In this document: one piece after another, positions 63,817 to 64,000 of the stretch | Numbering within the stretch: position 1 is the first letter of the stretch | Layout: each line of letters opens with the position of its first letter | Source: Felis catus | Lineage: Eukaryota | Reading direction: 5' to 3' | Length of the DNA stretch: 64,000 bases | Assembly: GCF_018350175.1 (NCBI RefSeq) | Contig: NC_058368.1 | Coordinates: forward strand, 180,174,001 to 180,238,000 | The notes under the pieces: generated by a model | What the model saw: the letters and a program-made list of their open reading frames with translations, nothing else | What the model was told of the DNA's origin: nothing | The model's database searches: none | Program-made: the position numbers and the translations under genes

Positions 63817-63940
63817 TTTTGGGAATATGATTTATAAGGAGAAGCGAGAATCTGTTAGTAAAGAAGATCTAGCAAGAGCAACTTTAGTTACTATCACCAA
63901 TAACATTGGGTCTGTGGCACGAATGTGTGCTGTTAATGAG
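63817..63940 (+). CDS. PANK3: PANK3 coding exon 5 (gene continues beyond window)
   Basis: ttgcAG acceptor. Encodes (S)[47 protein letters not shown] donor; 124 nt. Cumulative CDS 936 nt = 312 codons. Confidence 0.96.
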
Positions 63941-64000
63941 GTAAAAAAATTAACTATATGGAAAATGTGGATTGAAATTTTATTTATGTACAGCAGGGCT

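Noticed and set aside
63941..64000. miR-103 hairpin (known to lie in a downstream PANK3 intron)
   Set aside because: Only 60 nt of intron 5 are in the window and the mature sequence AGCAGCATTGTACAGGGCTATGA is not present.

Overview
Mammalian genomic DNA, almost certainly a felid, judged from abundant young feline-type Can-SINEs and carnivore L1. The right end holds the CpG-island promoter and coding exons 1-5 of PANK3 (pantothenate kinase 3) on the + strand. These splice into 312 uninterrupted codons, and the gene continues past the window. The first ~50 kb is intergenic and repeat-rich. It contains a TSD-flanked, two-LTR class I endogenous provirus (2268-8886, - strand, tRNA-Pro PBS). This provirus looks mosaic, with HERV-W/ERV9/H-like gag-pro-IN joined to an ERV3-like env, and it lacks almost all of RT/RNase H. 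The region also has a solo LTR, ERVL and MaLR remnants, hAT DNA transposon fossils, a 3.5-kb L1 inside a nested stack of SINEs, over 25 Can-SINEs and a short interstitial telomeric array. The most notable points are the recombinant RT-less provirus, an apparent Gly262Arg change at a highly conserved PANK position, and paired divergent ZNF143/THAP11-type motifs plus a CLEAR/E-box in the PANK3 promoter. Family assignments come from recalled consensus sequences, not database searches. I see no convincing new protein-coding system; nearly all short ORFs in the track are repeat-derived noise.
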